DNA from: Patescibacteria group bacterium
GTDB taxonomy: Bacteria > Patescibacteriota > Minisyncoccia > Ryanbacterales > GWA2-47-10b
DNA length: 64,000 bases
Direction of reading: 5' to 3'
Assembly: GCA_038065475.1 (NCBI GenBank)
Contig: JBBTQY010000008.1
Span: forward strand, 6,562-70,561
The position numbers and the translations under genes are program-made. The notes under the pieces are model-generated. The model was not told where the DNA came from. It made no database searches and saw nothing but the letters and a program-made list of their open reading frames with translations. Position 1 is the first letter of the stretch. The number at the start of each line of letters is the position of its first letter. This document shows, in pieces, positions 45,509 through 56,589 of the stretch.

Positions 45509-46663
45509 TTAGAGCGCGGCCACAAAGGGTTCGGCGGGAGGGTTAACCGGGCTTTTGGGCGATGATGCGCGTGGCAAACGGATGAGAAACGTCGTACCCT
45601 TGCCCTCTTCTGAATGAAATGAAATATCGCCACCGTGCGCGACAACAATATTTTTGGTAATAAAAAGGCCAAGCCCCGTGCCCTCAGTCTCCATGTGCAT
45701 AACGTTGGACCCGCGATAAAAACGGGTAAACATACGTGGCTGATCTTCTGCAGCAATACCAATACCAGTATCACTAATCTTAATAATCGCAAACGTATTG
45801 TCCGCCTCAAGCCGCACTGATACGGTGCCGCCCGATGCCGTATACCGAATAGCATTTTCAATAATATTGCCAATGGCGATTGAGAGCCGGTCGGGATCGG
45901 CGTTGAGCATGATCTGGGCGTCAGTCACCCTGCCAAGTGTGAGGGTGATATTTTTTGCTTTTGCCAAAATCATTTTTTCATCAATAATCTTTTTGGTAAA
46001 AGCGACGATATCCATGGGTTCAAATTTGAAACCAAACCTCCCCTCCTCGATACGCGCGGCATCGAGCAAGTTGTGTACGAGTCGTATCATCGACTCGTTG
46101 GCAATGGTTCCTTTTTCAACTGCTTCACGCTGATTTTTTGTAATTTTCCCAAAATCACCGTCGATGATGCCTTGGTAAACCCATTTTTGGATAGAAAGCG
46201 GAGTACGCAATTGATGCGCTGCAATTGAGATAAATTCTGATTTGAGCTGCGAGACTTCTTCTTGGCGATCTTTAGATTCTTGAATACGCTCTGCCATTTC
46301 ATTGAAAAAACTGCCGAGCACGCCGATCTCATCTCTGCGCGAGACACTGATATGTACTTTAAAATTGCCCGCGCCAATCCGCTTGACCGCCTCAGTCAAC
46401 ACTGAAAGTGGGCGGGCAATGTGCCGCGTGATCATGATGGCGGCAAACGTAGCGATAATAAGAACAAAAAAGAAAATAAGAAGAAACTGGATACTTATCG
46501 TCTCAATCAGTGCTGATGCATCGCGAGGCTCAAGCACTGCACGGATGCGCGACTGGTAGGTGGCCGCAAAAAAAATCGAGGCGATCGCCATAGGAAAAAT
46601 ACCGAGCGCGAGCAAGATCAAGAAAAATCGAAAGAACAGCGAATGACGAATCTTGGGATTCAT
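45509..46663 (-). CDS. HAMP-domain sensor histidine kinase
   Basis: 2 TM, HAMP, AHQLRTPL, NAIRY, DTGIG, GTGLGL. Confidence 0.95.
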   Translation of the reverse strand: MNPKIRHSLFFRFFLILLALGIFPMAIASIFFAATYQSRIRAVLEPRDASALIETISIQFLLIFFFVLIIATFAAIMITRHIARPLSVLTEAVKRIGAGNFKVHISVSRRDEIGVLGSFFNEMAERIQESKDRQEEVSQLKSEFISIAAHQLRTPLSIQKWVYQGIIDGDFGKITKNQREAVEKGTIANESMIRLVHNLLDAARIEEGRFGFKFEPMDIVAFTKKIIDEKMILAKAKNITLTLGRVTDAQIMLNADPDRLSIAIGNIIENAIRYTASGGTVSVRLEADNTFAIIKISDTGIGIAAEDQPRMFTRFYRGSNVMHMETEGTGLGLFITKNIVVAHGGDISFHSEEGKGTTFLIRLPRASSPKSPVNPPAEPFVAAL

Positions 46664-46739
46664 ACGAATACCATTAGTATATCATCGGTTGATTATTTAT
46701 CTCTAATTCGATACGCTGACGCAAGAAAGGAGAACCCTG

Positions 46740-47036
46740 ATGTCGATGCACTGGACTCTACTGCCAGTCACAGAACGGCAACAACGCAGCCACTCGGGGC
46801 AGCGCCGCGCCAGCGCCCGCAAGCGACACCGTCAACGCAACGCCGCGCCAATCTCGCATGAAGCCTTCATGGAGGCGCAGCGACATGGCGCTGGGCACAA
46901 CATCTGCCAGGCCGCCAAGGTCGACCACGATCTCGCGCGCGAGAACGCGCGACGGGTCGCGAGAGATGCTGCGCACGAAGCGGCCCACCAGCATGACTCG
47001 ATCTTTCCGCGTCGTCTGCGAGGTTTCAGCCTCTAA
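46740..47036 (+). CDS. Basic His/Arg-rich orphan protein
   Basis: SD AAGGAG plus ATG, GC-rich ORF filling the gap. Confidence 0.55.
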   Translation: MSMHWTLLPVTERQQRSHSGQRRASARKRHRQRNAAPISHEAFMEAQRHGAGHNICQAAKVDHDLARENARRVARDAAHEAAHQHDSIFPRRLRGFSL

Positions 47037-49573
47037 CCTTCGAACCGCTCCATCTCCTGCCAGTTCTGGCCGCGCTTCACCTCAGCAATAATGGGCACCG
47101 AAAATTCGGGCACGCGCTCCATAATCGCCTTGATTGCACCGGCAGTCTCGGCGATTTTTTCTTTTTTGATCTCAAATACCAGTTCGTCATGTACCTGCAA
47201 TAGCATGCGCACATTTGTATTGTCGCGCCCAAGTTTTAGTTCGCGCACAATATCTATCATGGCCCGCTTGATAATGTCAGCGTTTGTTCCCTGTATCGGC
47301 GCGTTGACCGCCATGCGCTCAGATTCTTTGCGTATATATTCAAACGATGAACGAAGATTTGGTAAAAACCGCTTGCGCCCAAAAAAAGTTTTGACGTATC
47401 CTCGCTCTCTTCCCTCGCGTATCGTTCGCTCGCGATATTCCTCAATGCCGGGAAATTCCTGCAAATAATTATCGAGTGCGGCTTCTGCCTCGGCTACTGT
47501 CATGTGACCAGTTTCTGCGAGTGCACGCGCACCCATGCCGTATAAAATGCCGAAATTAACTGTTTTCGCGCGCCTGCGCATTTCGGATGTTACTTTTTCC
47601 ACACTCACATGAAAGATTTCTGACGCGGTACGTGTATGGATATCTTCACCAGTCTGAAATGCTCGCGTCAATTTCGCGTCCCCCGAGAGTTGCGCTGCAA
47701 TACGCAGCTCGAGCTGCGAATAATCAAACGCAAACAGCTCATACCCCTTGGGTATGGTAAACGCGCGCCTGATACTGCGCCCAAGCTCTGACTTGATAGG
47801 AATATTTTGCAGATTGGGATTCGATGATGAAAGGCGCCCGGTTGCTGCTCCCGTCTCATTAAAGCTCGTATGCACGCGGCCATCGGATCCCACAAGTTTT
47901 GGGAGTGCGGTGATATAGGTAGACAAAAGTTTTGAAATCTCGCGATACCTGATAAGCATATCAATGATGGGGTGAAGTTCTCGCAATTTCACCAACTCTG
48001 AGAATTGTGTCGAGACCGCTTTGGTCGAAGTCTTACGAATACCCTTTGTCGAGAGTCCAAGCTTTTCAAACAGTATCGCTGAGAGCTGCTTGGGCGAATT
48101 GATATCAAACTCCTCGCCCGCAGACTTCCAAATATCAGCTGCGAGTGATTTTTCTTCACGTTCTGCCTCACCTGAAAGCTTTGAGAGTACAGCGGTATCG
48201 AGCGTGATACCCGTCTCCTCCATCTCAAACAGGATAGGTACGAGTGGTAACTCAAAATTAAAATAAATACCCGCAAGATCTTCTCTCTCTATTTTTTTCT
48301 TGAGTGCATCTGCGAGTCTTTCAACCTCGCTTACTGACAACTCTTTTCCTTCAAGAAGGTCGCTCAAAGATAAGCCGCGCTCATCGGGGTTTAAAATCCA
48401 CGCGCCCAATTTCGTATCAAACGATACAGGAAACGCCACGCCCAAAAACGTCATGAGCGCGTGTGCATCGTGCACGATCACCTCCTCTGAGGCGTTTAAA
48501 ATGTTGAGCAGTGCTGCGCGCATTGTTTGCGGCACGATATATTCACGTGCGCCGGCACCGAGCATCAAACCTTCTTCGCCAAAAAAAAGCACGGCGCGCT
48601 CGCCAGCGGCAACACGCTCACTCAGTTCTTCTCGCTCAATTATTTTTTTCTCTTCTTCTTTTTTAGAAATATTGTTTGCATCACCAAGCCGCGAGATGAG
48701 GCTTGGAAAGTGAAACTTACGAAATACCTTTGACACCTCTTCGGTGGGAATGCCGACAAACACCATCTCGTCGAGATTTGCATCTACCGGCGCATCTCTG
48801 CGAATAGTAGCAAGCTCTTTTGAGAAAAGAGCGTCTTCTTCGTTTTCCAGCAAAAGTTTTTTAATGCGATCTTTAAGAAATGCGGGTGATTTTTTTTCTT
48901 TTTTAAGTTTCGTGTATATCTCTTCAAGACTCCCGTAGTGCTTGATCAAATCAGTAGCACTCTTCTCACCAATACCCTTAATGCCAATAATATTGTCGGA
49001 CGGATCACCCTTGAGCCCCTTATAATCAGCAATAAGTTTAGGACCAAAACCAAAACGCTCGAGTACTTTTTCTTCATCATACAAAATAGTATCCTCGATG
49101 CCTTTTCGCAGCGTGTAGACCATCACCCGCCTTTTGTCGATCAACTGCATCGTATCCATATCACCCGATGCGATAATGATGGTTAGATCTTTTTCTTTTT
49201 TAAATTTCTCGACGAGTGTGCCTAAAATATCATCTGCCTCGTAACCAGGTGCCTCGAGAATTGGAATGCCAAACGCACGAAATACTTCTTTGACTTTATC
49301 GAACTGGGGTATTAAATCGCTCTTGGTCTCGGTGCGCGTCGCTTTGTAGTTTTCATAGGCAACATGGCGAAAGGTCGGCTCTTCCCTATCGAATGCGGCA
49401 ACAATATGCGTCGGGCCGAGATCGCGAATGAGTTTTAGAAGAACTGCGGACACGCCGTAGACGGCACCAAGCGGCTCGCCCGATGGCGAGGCAAAAGACG
49501 GCAACGCATGAAATGACCGGTGAATGAGTGCATGCGCGTCGAGAATGACAAGTTTTTTTGTCTCACGCGCCAT
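47033..49573 (-). CDS. polA: DNA polymerase I
   Basis: 5'-3' exonuclease (EADD, GDPSDNI) and PolA motifs (DYSQLELR, AKTVNFGILYG, QVHDEL). Confidence 0.97.
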   Translation of the reverse strand: MARETKKLVILDAHALIHRSFHALPSFASPSGEPLGAVYGVSAVLLKLIRDLGPTHIVAAFDREEPTFRHVAYENYKATRTETKSDLIPQFDKVKEVFRAFGIPILEAPGYEADDILGTLVEKFKKEKDLTIIIASGDMDTMQLIDKRRVMVYTLRKGIEDTILYDEEKVLERFGFGPKLIADYKGLKGDPSDNIIGIKGIGEKSATDLIKHYGSLEEIYTKLKKEKKSPAFLKDRIKKLLLENEEDALFSKELATIRRDAPVDANLDEMVFVGIPTEEVSKVFRKFHFPSLISRLGDANNISKKEEEKKIIEREELSERVAAGERAVLFFGEEGLMLGAGAREYIVPQTMRAALLNILNASEEVIVHDAHALMTFLGVAFPVSFDTKLGAWILNPDERGLSLSDLLEGKELSVSEVERLADALKKKIEREDLAGIYFNFELPLVPILFEMEETGITLDTAVLSKLSGEAEREEKSLAADIWKSAGEEFDINSPKQLSAILFEKLGLSTKGIRKTSTKAVSTQFSELVKLRELHPIIDMLIRYREISKLLSTYITALPKLVGSDGRVHTSFNETGAATGRLSSSNPNLQNIPIKSELGRSIRRAFTIPKGYELFAFDYSQLELRIAAQLSGDAKLTRAFQTGEDIHTRTASEIFHVSVEKVTSEMRRRAKTVNFGILYGMGARALAETGHMTVAEAEAALDNYLQEFPGIEEYRERTIREGRERGYVKTFFGRKRFLPNLRSSFEYIRKESERMAVNAPIQGTNADIIKRAMIDIVRELKLGRDNTNVRMLLQVHDELVFEIKKEKIAETAGAIKAIMERVPEFSVPIIAEVKRGQNWQEMERFEG

Positions 49574-50021
49574 GTCGAAATCGCATCATGCGCTCTTCGG
49601 GCGCCAAATGTTTAAACGAAACCCAAACGGTGTCTTTGGGAAATACTTTTTTGGCACGCTCTGCCCACTCAACCGCCACAATATTTTTGGGATCAGAGAT
49701 TATTTGCTTAAATCCAATTGTATCAAGTTCTTTTGCGGACTTGATGCGGTAAAGATCAAAATGCCAAAAATTTTTAAACGTAGAGCCGCGAAGTGCATAG
49801 CGCTTTGCGATCACAAACGTCGGTGACTGCAAGCGCCCACGCACACCAAGACCCTGCGCGACATTTTGGGTAAAAAAAGTTTTGCCCGCACCAAGCTCGC
49901 CTGAGAGTGCAAGACAAAGTGCGTGTTTTTTACCTCGGGCGACTGATCGTATCTCGTTGCCAAAGAGTTTACCGAGCGCGCGGGTCGCATCAGAACTTTT
50001 GAGTGTATAGGAAAGCTCCAT
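49563..50021 (-). CDS. tsaE: tRNA t6A ATPase TsaE
   Basis: LSGELGAGKT, SPTF, HFDLYR, VEW. Confidence 0.95.
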   Translation of the reverse strand: MELSYTLKSSDATRALGKLFGNEIRSVARGKKHALCLALSGELGAGKTFFTQNVAQGLGVRGRLQSPTFVIAKRYALRGSTFKNFWHFDLYRIKSAKELDTIGFKQIISDPKNIVAVEWAERAKKVFPKDTVWVSFKHLAPEERMMRFRHGA

Positions 50022-50124
50022 CGTGCCTTCAGAGTAGCAATCTTTGTATAAAAAGCGAACGGCGGGCCTGCTGTGCAGGACCCGCCGGGTTAGGAGATAG
50101 CAGCACGCTATCTCATGTTATTAT

Positions 50125-50742
50125 TTATTCTGCCTCCAGGAGCACACCGCCTCTCGTTGGCGGAGGGGCGCTCCTGCCGCTGTTGCGGATCATGTCGTCG
50201 TACGCCTCACGATCTGTCGCAGCGAGGGCTGGTTGACCAGCGGAGTTGTTGTACTGTTCGACAGTCCGTTTGTACGTTCGCACGTACGTCGCCGCACCGC
50301 TCTCGTCAGCAATCTCCGACTTGGCGTCGTAGAGCGCGTCTCCACGCGCACGCGCATCGTGGCACGCTCTATCGGTGTCAGGACAGCTCGTGTCGACCAC
50401 TGTGGTCGTGCCGACGAGGAGGCCCCATGCGAAGCTAAACGGAACGCCGACGAGGTAATGGAGCACTCCCGGCTCCTTTACCACCACGATGTCTGGGTCA
50501 GCAGGCTTGGCGGGTACGACAGGTACGACCACAACGGCCGGGCGACCTTGAGAGCCGCCGTAGTAGCTTCCGCCGCTAGTGAGGTCGCTCATGGTGCCGC
50601 TCGAACCGCTGCTGTGGTACCGACCCCCTCTGGGCCAGCACATGTTGCCTTGGGTACAACCCGCCTCCGCCACGCCTGGTGCCACAAGCGCCGCGAGCAG
50701 AACAAGGATTGAAAGAACTCGATTGATCATCGTCGCCTCCAT
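50125..50742 (-). CDS. Secreted/membrane orphan protein
   Basis: Signal peptide, Gly/Ser-rich segment; likely true start at the GGAGG-preceded ATG near 50731; TTGACA/TATAAT promoter and terminator. Confidence 0.65.
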   Translation of the reverse strand: MEATMINRVLSILVLLAALVAPGVAEAGCTQGNMCWPRGGRYHSSGSSGTMSDLTSGGSYYGGSQGRPAVVVVPVVPAKPADPDIVVVKEPGVLHYLVGVPFSFAWGLLVGTTTVVDTSCPDTDRACHDARARGDALYDAKSEIADESGAATYVRTYKRTVEQYNNSAGQPALAATDREAYDDMIRNSGRSAPPPTRGGVLLEAE

Positions 50743-50862
50743 ATCTCTGCCAAAGCGTAATGCTTTAGCTAGCTGTTCAGGTTATGGAGCAATTATACTA
50801 CTAAAAAGCTTAAATGTCAATATCTCCAAAAACCCCTTATTTTATGCTAGGAATAGAACGAT

Positions 50863-51720
50863 ATGGGTGATTTAAAGTCAACAATTGCAAATGCATCGGC
50901 GATACTCATCGTATTGCCCGACTCGGTTCGTGATAAAGATTATCTCGCAGCGCTGCAAATCCAAAAGATAGCTCCGCAAAAAACAGAGATTATCGCGCCT
51001 GAGAAAAAAGAAGCAGAGTGGAAGGATGTCTTTGGTACTCCACATAGCAAACGGGAATTTGTCATTGAAGTCGATACGTCGGTAGTACCGGTCGATGAGC
51101 TTCGCTATGAAAAACACGATACAACGCTTTCTATCTATCTTTCGCACAAAGGTGCTTTCAATGAAAAAGCGCTCTCATGGGGCGAGCATCGCGCACCAGC
51201 CGATCTCTTTATCACTCTTGGTTTTGGCTCTGAAAACGAAGCGAAAGCAGCGATTGAAAACCTGCCACGCAAGGGGGCCGCGCGGCACGTCTGGGTGGAG
51301 GGAGACTCAAATAGCGAGCAAATGCATCCACCCGCAAAACTCTCACCGGTATCTGCGGGTCTCCTCGGTCGCCTTGTCGTTCGCTCACGCATTGATACTG
51401 ATACCAACACACTCTGGTCATTTATCACCCGCGATGACTTTGCAAAAACAAATACTCACCCCGGTGAGCTTCCAAGCCTCATGACCACCTACGCGTCACT
51501 TGCTGCCTTGCCAGCCCATGCGCTCGTTTTTTGGCAATATGATGATGCTGGCACTCAAGGTTTTTTCAGATCAGATGATTCCCTCTTGGTAAACACTCTT
51601 GCTACGCGTATTGGAAAAAATCCTGATAATCAAAATCAGGTAACCCTCGCCTCGTTTGCCAATTTTATTGAGGCAGAGATGGAGACTCGCAAATTGCTGC
51701 GTGAACTCAAAGTGCGCTAG
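50863..51720 (+). CDS. Degenerate DHH/NrnA-like protein
   Basis: ILIVLP..D.LAA, FVIEVD....VDELRYE, DLFITLG; canonical DHH motif absent. Confidence 0.55.
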   Translation: MGDLKSTIANASAILIVLPDSVRDKDYLAALQIQKIAPQKTEIIAPEKKEAEWKDVFGTPHSKREFVIEVDTSVVPVDELRYEKHDTTLSIYLSHKGAFNEKALSWGEHRAPADLFITLGFGSENEAKAAIENLPRKGAARHVWVEGDSNSEQMHPPAKLSPVSAGLLGRLVVRSRIDTDTNTLWSFITRDDFAKTNTHPGELPSLMTTYASLAALPAHALVFWQYDDAGTQGFFRSDDSLLVNTLATRIGKNPDNQNQVTLASFANFIEAEMETRKLLRELKVR

Positions 51721-51729
51721 AATAGAAGC

Positions 51730-53400
51730 GTGGCATTTGACGAAGACCAACAAAAAGAAAAGCTCGATCAACTCCAACAAAAAGAAGAGGAGGATTTAGC
51801 ACAACTACTCGCTAAGAAATATAAAATCCCCTATCTCAATTTGGGGCGCGCTTTTATTGATCTCGATGCACTCAAACTCATACCAAAAGACCGCGCAGAG
51901 GCAGCGGGTCTTGCGGTCGTCCAGTCAACAGGTAAAAAATTGCAGATTGCGGTAAAAAACCCGACTCTCGATAAAGTAAAAGAGATTGTGACAGAACTAC
52001 ATCGCGATGGTTATCAGCCGCAACTCTTTTTAGTATCAATGCGAAGTTTAAAACACGCCTGGGCACGGTACGAGGAGGCGGGCGAGGAAAGTGCTAGTAT
52101 CACCAATGTCATCGACATCTCCAAAGATAAAATTGTTGAATTCCGACGAGAGATAAAGACAACTAAAGATTTTGAACGGATGTTGGGTGAAAAAATTCTC
52201 CAAGGCAAAACACAGCGCGTCACCGATCTGCTCGACTATGTACTTGGTGGCGCATTTGAGCTTGTGGTCTCCGACATTCATGTTGAACCCGCGGAAGACA
52301 AAGTGCATATGCGTGTACGTCTCGACGGTATGTTGCAGGATATCGCAAATTTTTCGCACGATATGCATAAAATGCTTTTGGTGCGCATCAAGCTTGTCTG
52401 CGAGCTCAAACTCAACATCCATGACCGCTCACAAGATGGCCGCTTTACGATTCGTGTGGGTGATGCTGATGTCGAAGTTCGCGTCTCAACTCTTCCGGGC
52501 CCGTATGGCGAATCGATCGTCATGCGTATTTTGCATCCAAGCGCCATTGAGACTTCGTTTGAAGATCTTGGTATGCATCCTATCCTACAAGAGCTTATTG
52601 AGCGCGAGATTCAAAAACCAAATGGCATGATTATCACCACAGGTCCCACAGGATCGGGTAAAACAACTACGCTCTATGCATTTATCAAAAAACTCAATGA
52701 GCCTGGTGTTAAAATCATCACCATCGAAGATCCTATCGAATATCACATAGCCGGTATCACCCAGACTCAAACCAACAAAGAGGCAGGCTATACTTTTGAA
52801 ACTGGCCTGTCAGCAATTGTGCGCCAAGACCCCGATATTATTCTGGTAGGTGAAATGCGCAACCGCGAGACCGCAGAGATTGGCATGCAGGCAGCACTCA
52901 CGGGTCACTTGGTTTTCTCAACACTCCACACCAACAACGCGCCAGGTACTATCCCCCGCCTTATCGATCTTGGCGTACCGCCAAACATCATCGCACCCGC
53001 AATCAATCTCGCCATTGCTCAACGTCTCGTGCGTATTTTATGCCCGCACTGCAAAAAACAGGTACCGCCGACACCCGAACAAACAGCTACTATAAAAAAA
53101 TTTGTAGAGACTTTGCCCGAGAAATACACGCGGCCATCTCTCGATAACTTTTCACTTCATACCCCTGGCGGATGCGGTGAATGTAACTTTACCGGCTACA
53201 AGGGGCGCATCGCAGTCTTTGAAGCGTTTTTGATTGATGATGAGATGGAGCGCCTTATTTTAAAAAATCCATCAGAAGCAATAGTACGAGAAGCCGCGCT
53301 CAAGCAAGGTATGGTTACCCTCGAGCAAGATGGTATCTTAAAACTCCTCTCGGGTACCACTTCGTGGGACGAACTCAACCGCATCGTCGGTTTGATCTAA
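51730..53400 (+). CDS. GspE/PilB-family type IV pilus assembly ATPase
   Basis: SDIHVEP, GPTGSGKTTT, IEDPIE, RQDPD, TGHLVFSTLH, two CxxC. Confidence 0.95.
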   Translation: MAFDEDQQKEKLDQLQQKEEEDLAQLLAKKYKIPYLNLGRAFIDLDALKLIPKDRAEAAGLAVVQSTGKKLQIAVKNPTLDKVKEIVTELHRDGYQPQLFLVSMRSLKHAWARYEEAGEESASITNVIDISKDKIVEFRREIKTTKDFERMLGEKILQGKTQRVTDLLDYVLGGAFELVVSDIHVEPAEDKVHMRVRLDGMLQDIANFSHDMHKMLLVRIKLVCELKLNIHDRSQDGRFTIRVGDADVEVRVSTLPGPYGESIVMRILHPSAIETSFEDLGMHPILQELIEREIQKPNGMIITTGPTGSGKTTTLYAFIKKLNEPGVKIITIEDPIEYHIAGITQTQTNKEAGYTFETGLSAIVRQDPDIILVGEMRNRETAEIGMQAALTGHLVFSTLHTNNAPGTIPRLIDLGVPPNIIAPAINLAIAQRLVRILCPHCKKQVPPTPEQTATIKKFVETLPEKYTRPSLDNFSLHTPGGCGECNFTGYKGRIAVFEAFLIDDEMERLILKNPSEAIVREAALKQGMVTLEQDGILKLLSGTTSWDELNRIVGLI

Positions 53401-53412
53401 AAATAAAAAAAA

Positions 53413-53631
53413 CTTTCTCGCAAAAATCTCCAGACAATGTGCCCAGGCATGGGTGCCATAGGCTGAAGGCCTCTTCGAGGAGCAGTCGCGCCGACCCCTC
53501 CTCGCAGAGCGCAATATGACTTAGAATAAAGTTATATTCTGCGCTGTGAGGAGGGGGACCTGACTGTCCGTGTACTAAAAGAAGGCCCAGATAAGGTAAA
53601 CCTCAATTGTCTGGAGGTTTTCAAGAGAAAG
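53413..53631. ncRNA. ~220-nt rod-shaped imperfect hairpin (6S RNA-like candidate or MITE)
   Basis: Closing stem ..AATCTCCAGACAAT/ATTGTCTGGAGGTT.., central unpaired region, long apical stem CCCCTCCTCGCAG../..CTGTGAGGAGGGG. Confidence 0.55.
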
Positions 53632-53679
53632 CCTCACATAAAAGAACAATGACCACTATTATAGCTAAAATATAGCCAC

Positions 53680-54684
53680 ATGTCAATACCCGCCCAAAAA
53701 CTCGATGACCGCTCCCTTGATAGCACCCTGCGCCCCTCCCGATGGGATGAATACGTAGGTCAGCGCTCCATCAAGGAAAATTTGGCTATTTTAATTGAAG
53801 CTGCAAAAAAACGCGGCGAGCCGCTCGAACATTTACTCTTTTATGGTCCTGCGGGGCTTGGTAAAACCACTCTCGCCCACCTCATCAAAAACGAAATGGG
53901 GGCGCAGATGAAGATAACTTCGGGTCCTGCGATCGAACGTGTGGGAGATCTTGCCTCGATTCTTACCAATCTTTCTGCCGGCGATATCCTTTTCATCGAT
54001 GAAGTACACCGCCTCAATAAACTTGTCGAAGAAATCCTCTACCCAGCCATGGAAGCACGGTCGCTCGATATCATCATCGGTAAAGGGCCTGCCGCCCGCA
54101 CCATACAGCTCGAGCTCCCCTCCTTTACTCTTATTGCCGCGACTACCCGCATCGCATTACTCTCCTCGCCGCTGCGCTCACGCTTTTCGGGCGGTACATT
54201 CCGTCTCGAATTTTACTCTGAAGAAGATCTTAAAGAAATATTGCGCAGGTCGGCAAAACTTTTGGGAATTGCTGTCGAAGAAGACGCGCTCACTGAAATC
54301 GCCAAGCGGAGCCGCTTTACCCCGCGCGTCGCCAACCATCTTCTCAAACGCTGTCGTGATGTAGCCGAGGTCAGAGGTGACGGTATCATCACAGAAAAGA
54401 TCGCGCGTATGGCGCTCGAACTCTTGGAAATCGATGAGGTTGGGCTCTCATCGGAAGATAGGCGTATACTGGAAATATTGGTAGAGAAATTTGCCGGTGG
54501 GCCGGTCGGTGTAGCGACTCTTGCCGCCGCGTCATCAGAAGAGGTGAGCACTCTTGAGGAGATCCATGAGCCGTATCTCATGCGTCTCGGTTTTATTGAA
54601 CGCACGCCGCGCGGACGCATGGCTACACGCCGCGCATACGAGCACTTGGGTGCAACACCACCCGCTACTCTATTTAACGTATGA
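53680..54684 (+). CDS. ruvB: Holliday junction helicase RuvB
   Basis: [32 protein letters not shown]. Confidence 0.98.
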   Translation: MSIPAQKLDDRSLDSTLRPSRWDEYVGQRSIKENLAILIEAAKKRGEPLEHLLFYGPAGLGKTTLAHLIKNEMGAQMKITSGPAIERVGDLASILTNLSAGDILFIDEVHRLNKLVEEILYPAMEARSLDIIIGKGPAARTIQLELPSFTLIAATTRIALLSSPLRSRFSGGTFRLEFYSEEDLKEILRRSAKLLGIAVEEDALTEIAKRSRFTPRVANHLLKRCRDVAEVRGDGIITEKIARMALELLEIDEVGLSSEDRRILEILVEKFAGGPVGVATLAAASSEEVSTLEEIHEPYLMRLGFIERTPRGRMATRRAYEHLGATPPATLFNV

Positions 54685-54899
54685 TAACTATTTTTGCTAC
54701 AATCGCATTTACTCTTTTCGCGGGCCTCTATACTCTCGGCATTTGGATGGCTACCTGGCAAGAAGAAGAACTCTCTCTTTCGCATGAAAAGGCAGTGCAT
54801 ATGAACCTCATCATTATTGCAATCTCCTTTGTACTTTTTGCCATTGCCCTTTGGGCGTTTATTCACATCGAATGGGATGCTCTTTTTATCAACTTCTAA
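54681..54899 (+). CDS. Small two-TM protein
   Basis: 72 aa, ATGA overlap with the ruvB stop. Confidence 0.7.
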   Translation: MITIFATIAFTLFAGLYTLGIWMATWQEEELSLSHEKAVHMNLIIIAISFVLFAIALWAFIHIEWDALFINF

Positions 54900-55414
54900 T
54901 GGTCACCCTTCAGCCCAACGAAAAAATCCTTATGACCATTCACAAACATTGGTTTGTGTTTTTCGGCCGCATGCTTTCACTACTCTTTATGGGTAGTGTG
55001 CCATTTTTTGGTTTTCTTCTTGCGCCCGAGCTCGCGCTCGCCATCAATCCCGAATCCCTTTGGTTCCTCCTTCTTTTCTTTGCCATGATTTGGTGGCTTG
55101 TATTGCTCTTTATTTTTTTTGTTGAATGGCTTGATTATTGGCTCGATGCCTGGATTATTACTGATCAGCGTATTATTGATATTGAGCAAAAAAGTCTCTT
55201 TCGGCGCGAGGTATCTGAGTTTGTCATCGCACGCATCCAGGATATAAAAATCGAGACTCCAGGATTTATTGGCACCGTACTAAAGTTTGGTAACATCCGC
55301 ATACAAACAGCGGGTGAGGAAAGTTTTACTATTGAAGCAATACCGCGCCTCAATGAAACAAAAAATCTTATCATGTCATTTGCCCATCGTGGAGCTCTTA
55401 GCGATCCTGATTAA
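54899..55414 (+). CDS. Membrane-anchored bacterial PH-domain protein
   Basis: LQPNEK..HKHW, 2 TM, IITDQRII, IQDI..GNIRIQTAG. Confidence 0.85.
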   Translation: MVTLQPNEKILMTIHKHWFVFFGRMLSLLFMGSVPFFGFLLAPELALAINPESLWFLLLFFAMIWWLVLLFIFFVEWLDYWLDAWIITDQRIIDIEQKSLFRREVSEFVIARIQDIKIETPGFIGTVLKFGNIRIQTAGEESFTIEAIPRLNETKNLIMSFAHRGALSDPD

Positions 55415-55471
55415 CTTCTTGACGCACCAAAAGAGCTGGTTACACTGAGCTCATAATCAAAATCAAATCCT

Positions 55472-56020
55472 ATGTCAGGCCACAATAAATGGGCGCAGAT
55501 CAAGCGCCAAAAAGCTGTAACAGACAGTAAAAGAAGTAAAATGTTCGGAAAAATTGCGCGCATTATCAGTATTGCTGCGCGTGACAAGGGTCCGGATCCA
55601 AGCCTCAATGTATCGCTCAAATCAGCGATACAAAAGGCGCGCGAGATTAATATGCCACAAGACAATATCGATCGCGCTATCAAAAAAGGTACGGGTGGCG
55701 GCGAGGGGGCAGCGCTCCAAGAATTTGTCTATGAAGCATACGGTCCGGGAGGTGTCGCTCTCCTTATGACTGGCGTCACTGACAACAACAACCGCACCTC
55801 AAATGAGATCAAACACCTTCTTTCCGCGCGCGACGCAAAGTGGGCAAATCCCGGCAGTGTGCTCTGGGCATTTGAAAAAAAAGAAGGAGAATGGACGCCG
55901 CAAGAATATAGTCTGATCGAACTCTCGCCTACCGATACCGAAGCGCTTTACCGGCTCATGGACGCACTCGATGAGCATGATGACATCCAAGAAATCTATG
56001 CGAACAATAAAGAGTCATGA
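55472..56020 (+). CDS. YebC/PmpR-family protein (short form)
   Basis: MSGHNKW, NMPQDNIDRAIKK, YEAYGPGG, TDNNNRT; 182 aa. Confidence 0.95.
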   Translation: MSGHNKWAQIKRQKAVTDSKRSKMFGKIARIISIAARDKGPDPSLNVSLKSAIQKAREINMPQDNIDRAIKKGTGGGEGAALQEFVYEAYGPGGVALLMTGVTDNNNRTSNEIKHLLSARDAKWANPGSVLWAFEKKEGEWTPQEYSLIELSPTDTEALYRLMDALDEHDDIQEIYANNKES

Positions 56021-56478
56021 GAATACTCGGCATCGACCCGGGCATTGAGCGGGTTGGGTGGGGTGTCGTCGATACCGTGGGTGCAGTATCGACATATTAC
56101 GGTTGCGGTCGCATCACCACGCCGCGTACCCTCACACACCAAGAACGCCTTGAAATGGTCGCGCGCGAGCTTAGCGAATTAATAGAAAAGACTAGTCCCG
56201 AGTGTGCGGTGGTTGAGCGTCTTTTCTTCGCTAAAAATAAAAAGACAGCACTTGCGGTTGCAGAAGCTCGTGGAGCTATTATGCTCACCCTATCGAAAGC
56301 TTCTTTGCCAACTCGCGAGTTTACCCCTATGGAAGTTAAAATGGCGGTCACTGGTAATGGTCGCGCAGAGAAAAAACAAGTGGCTTGGATGGTGCGTAAT
56401 ATCTTAAAGGTACCCGTCGAGATAACCTCGGACGATGCTCTCGACGCCCTCGCCCTCTGCCTCATGATAACCAAATAA
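56017..56478 (+). CDS. ruvC: Holliday junction resolvase RuvC
   Basis: ILGIDPG, VERLFF, VKMAVTGNG.A.K.QV, DDALDALA. Confidence 0.96.
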   Translation: MRILGIDPGIERVGWGVVDTVGAVSTYYGCGRITTPRTLTHQERLEMVARELSELIEKTSPECAVVERLFFAKNKKTALAVAEARGAIMLTLSKASLPTREFTPMEVKMAVTGNGRAEKKQVAWMVRNILKVPVEITSDDALDALALCLMITK

Positions 56479-56589
56479 GGTTATCCACAGAGCTTCATAT
56501 TGCCCTTTTCCCCCGCTCTCGGTATGTTCTTGGTATTAGATATTTATAAGGTCGTAGATACTAGCAATAAACCAATACTTTTTGAGAAA

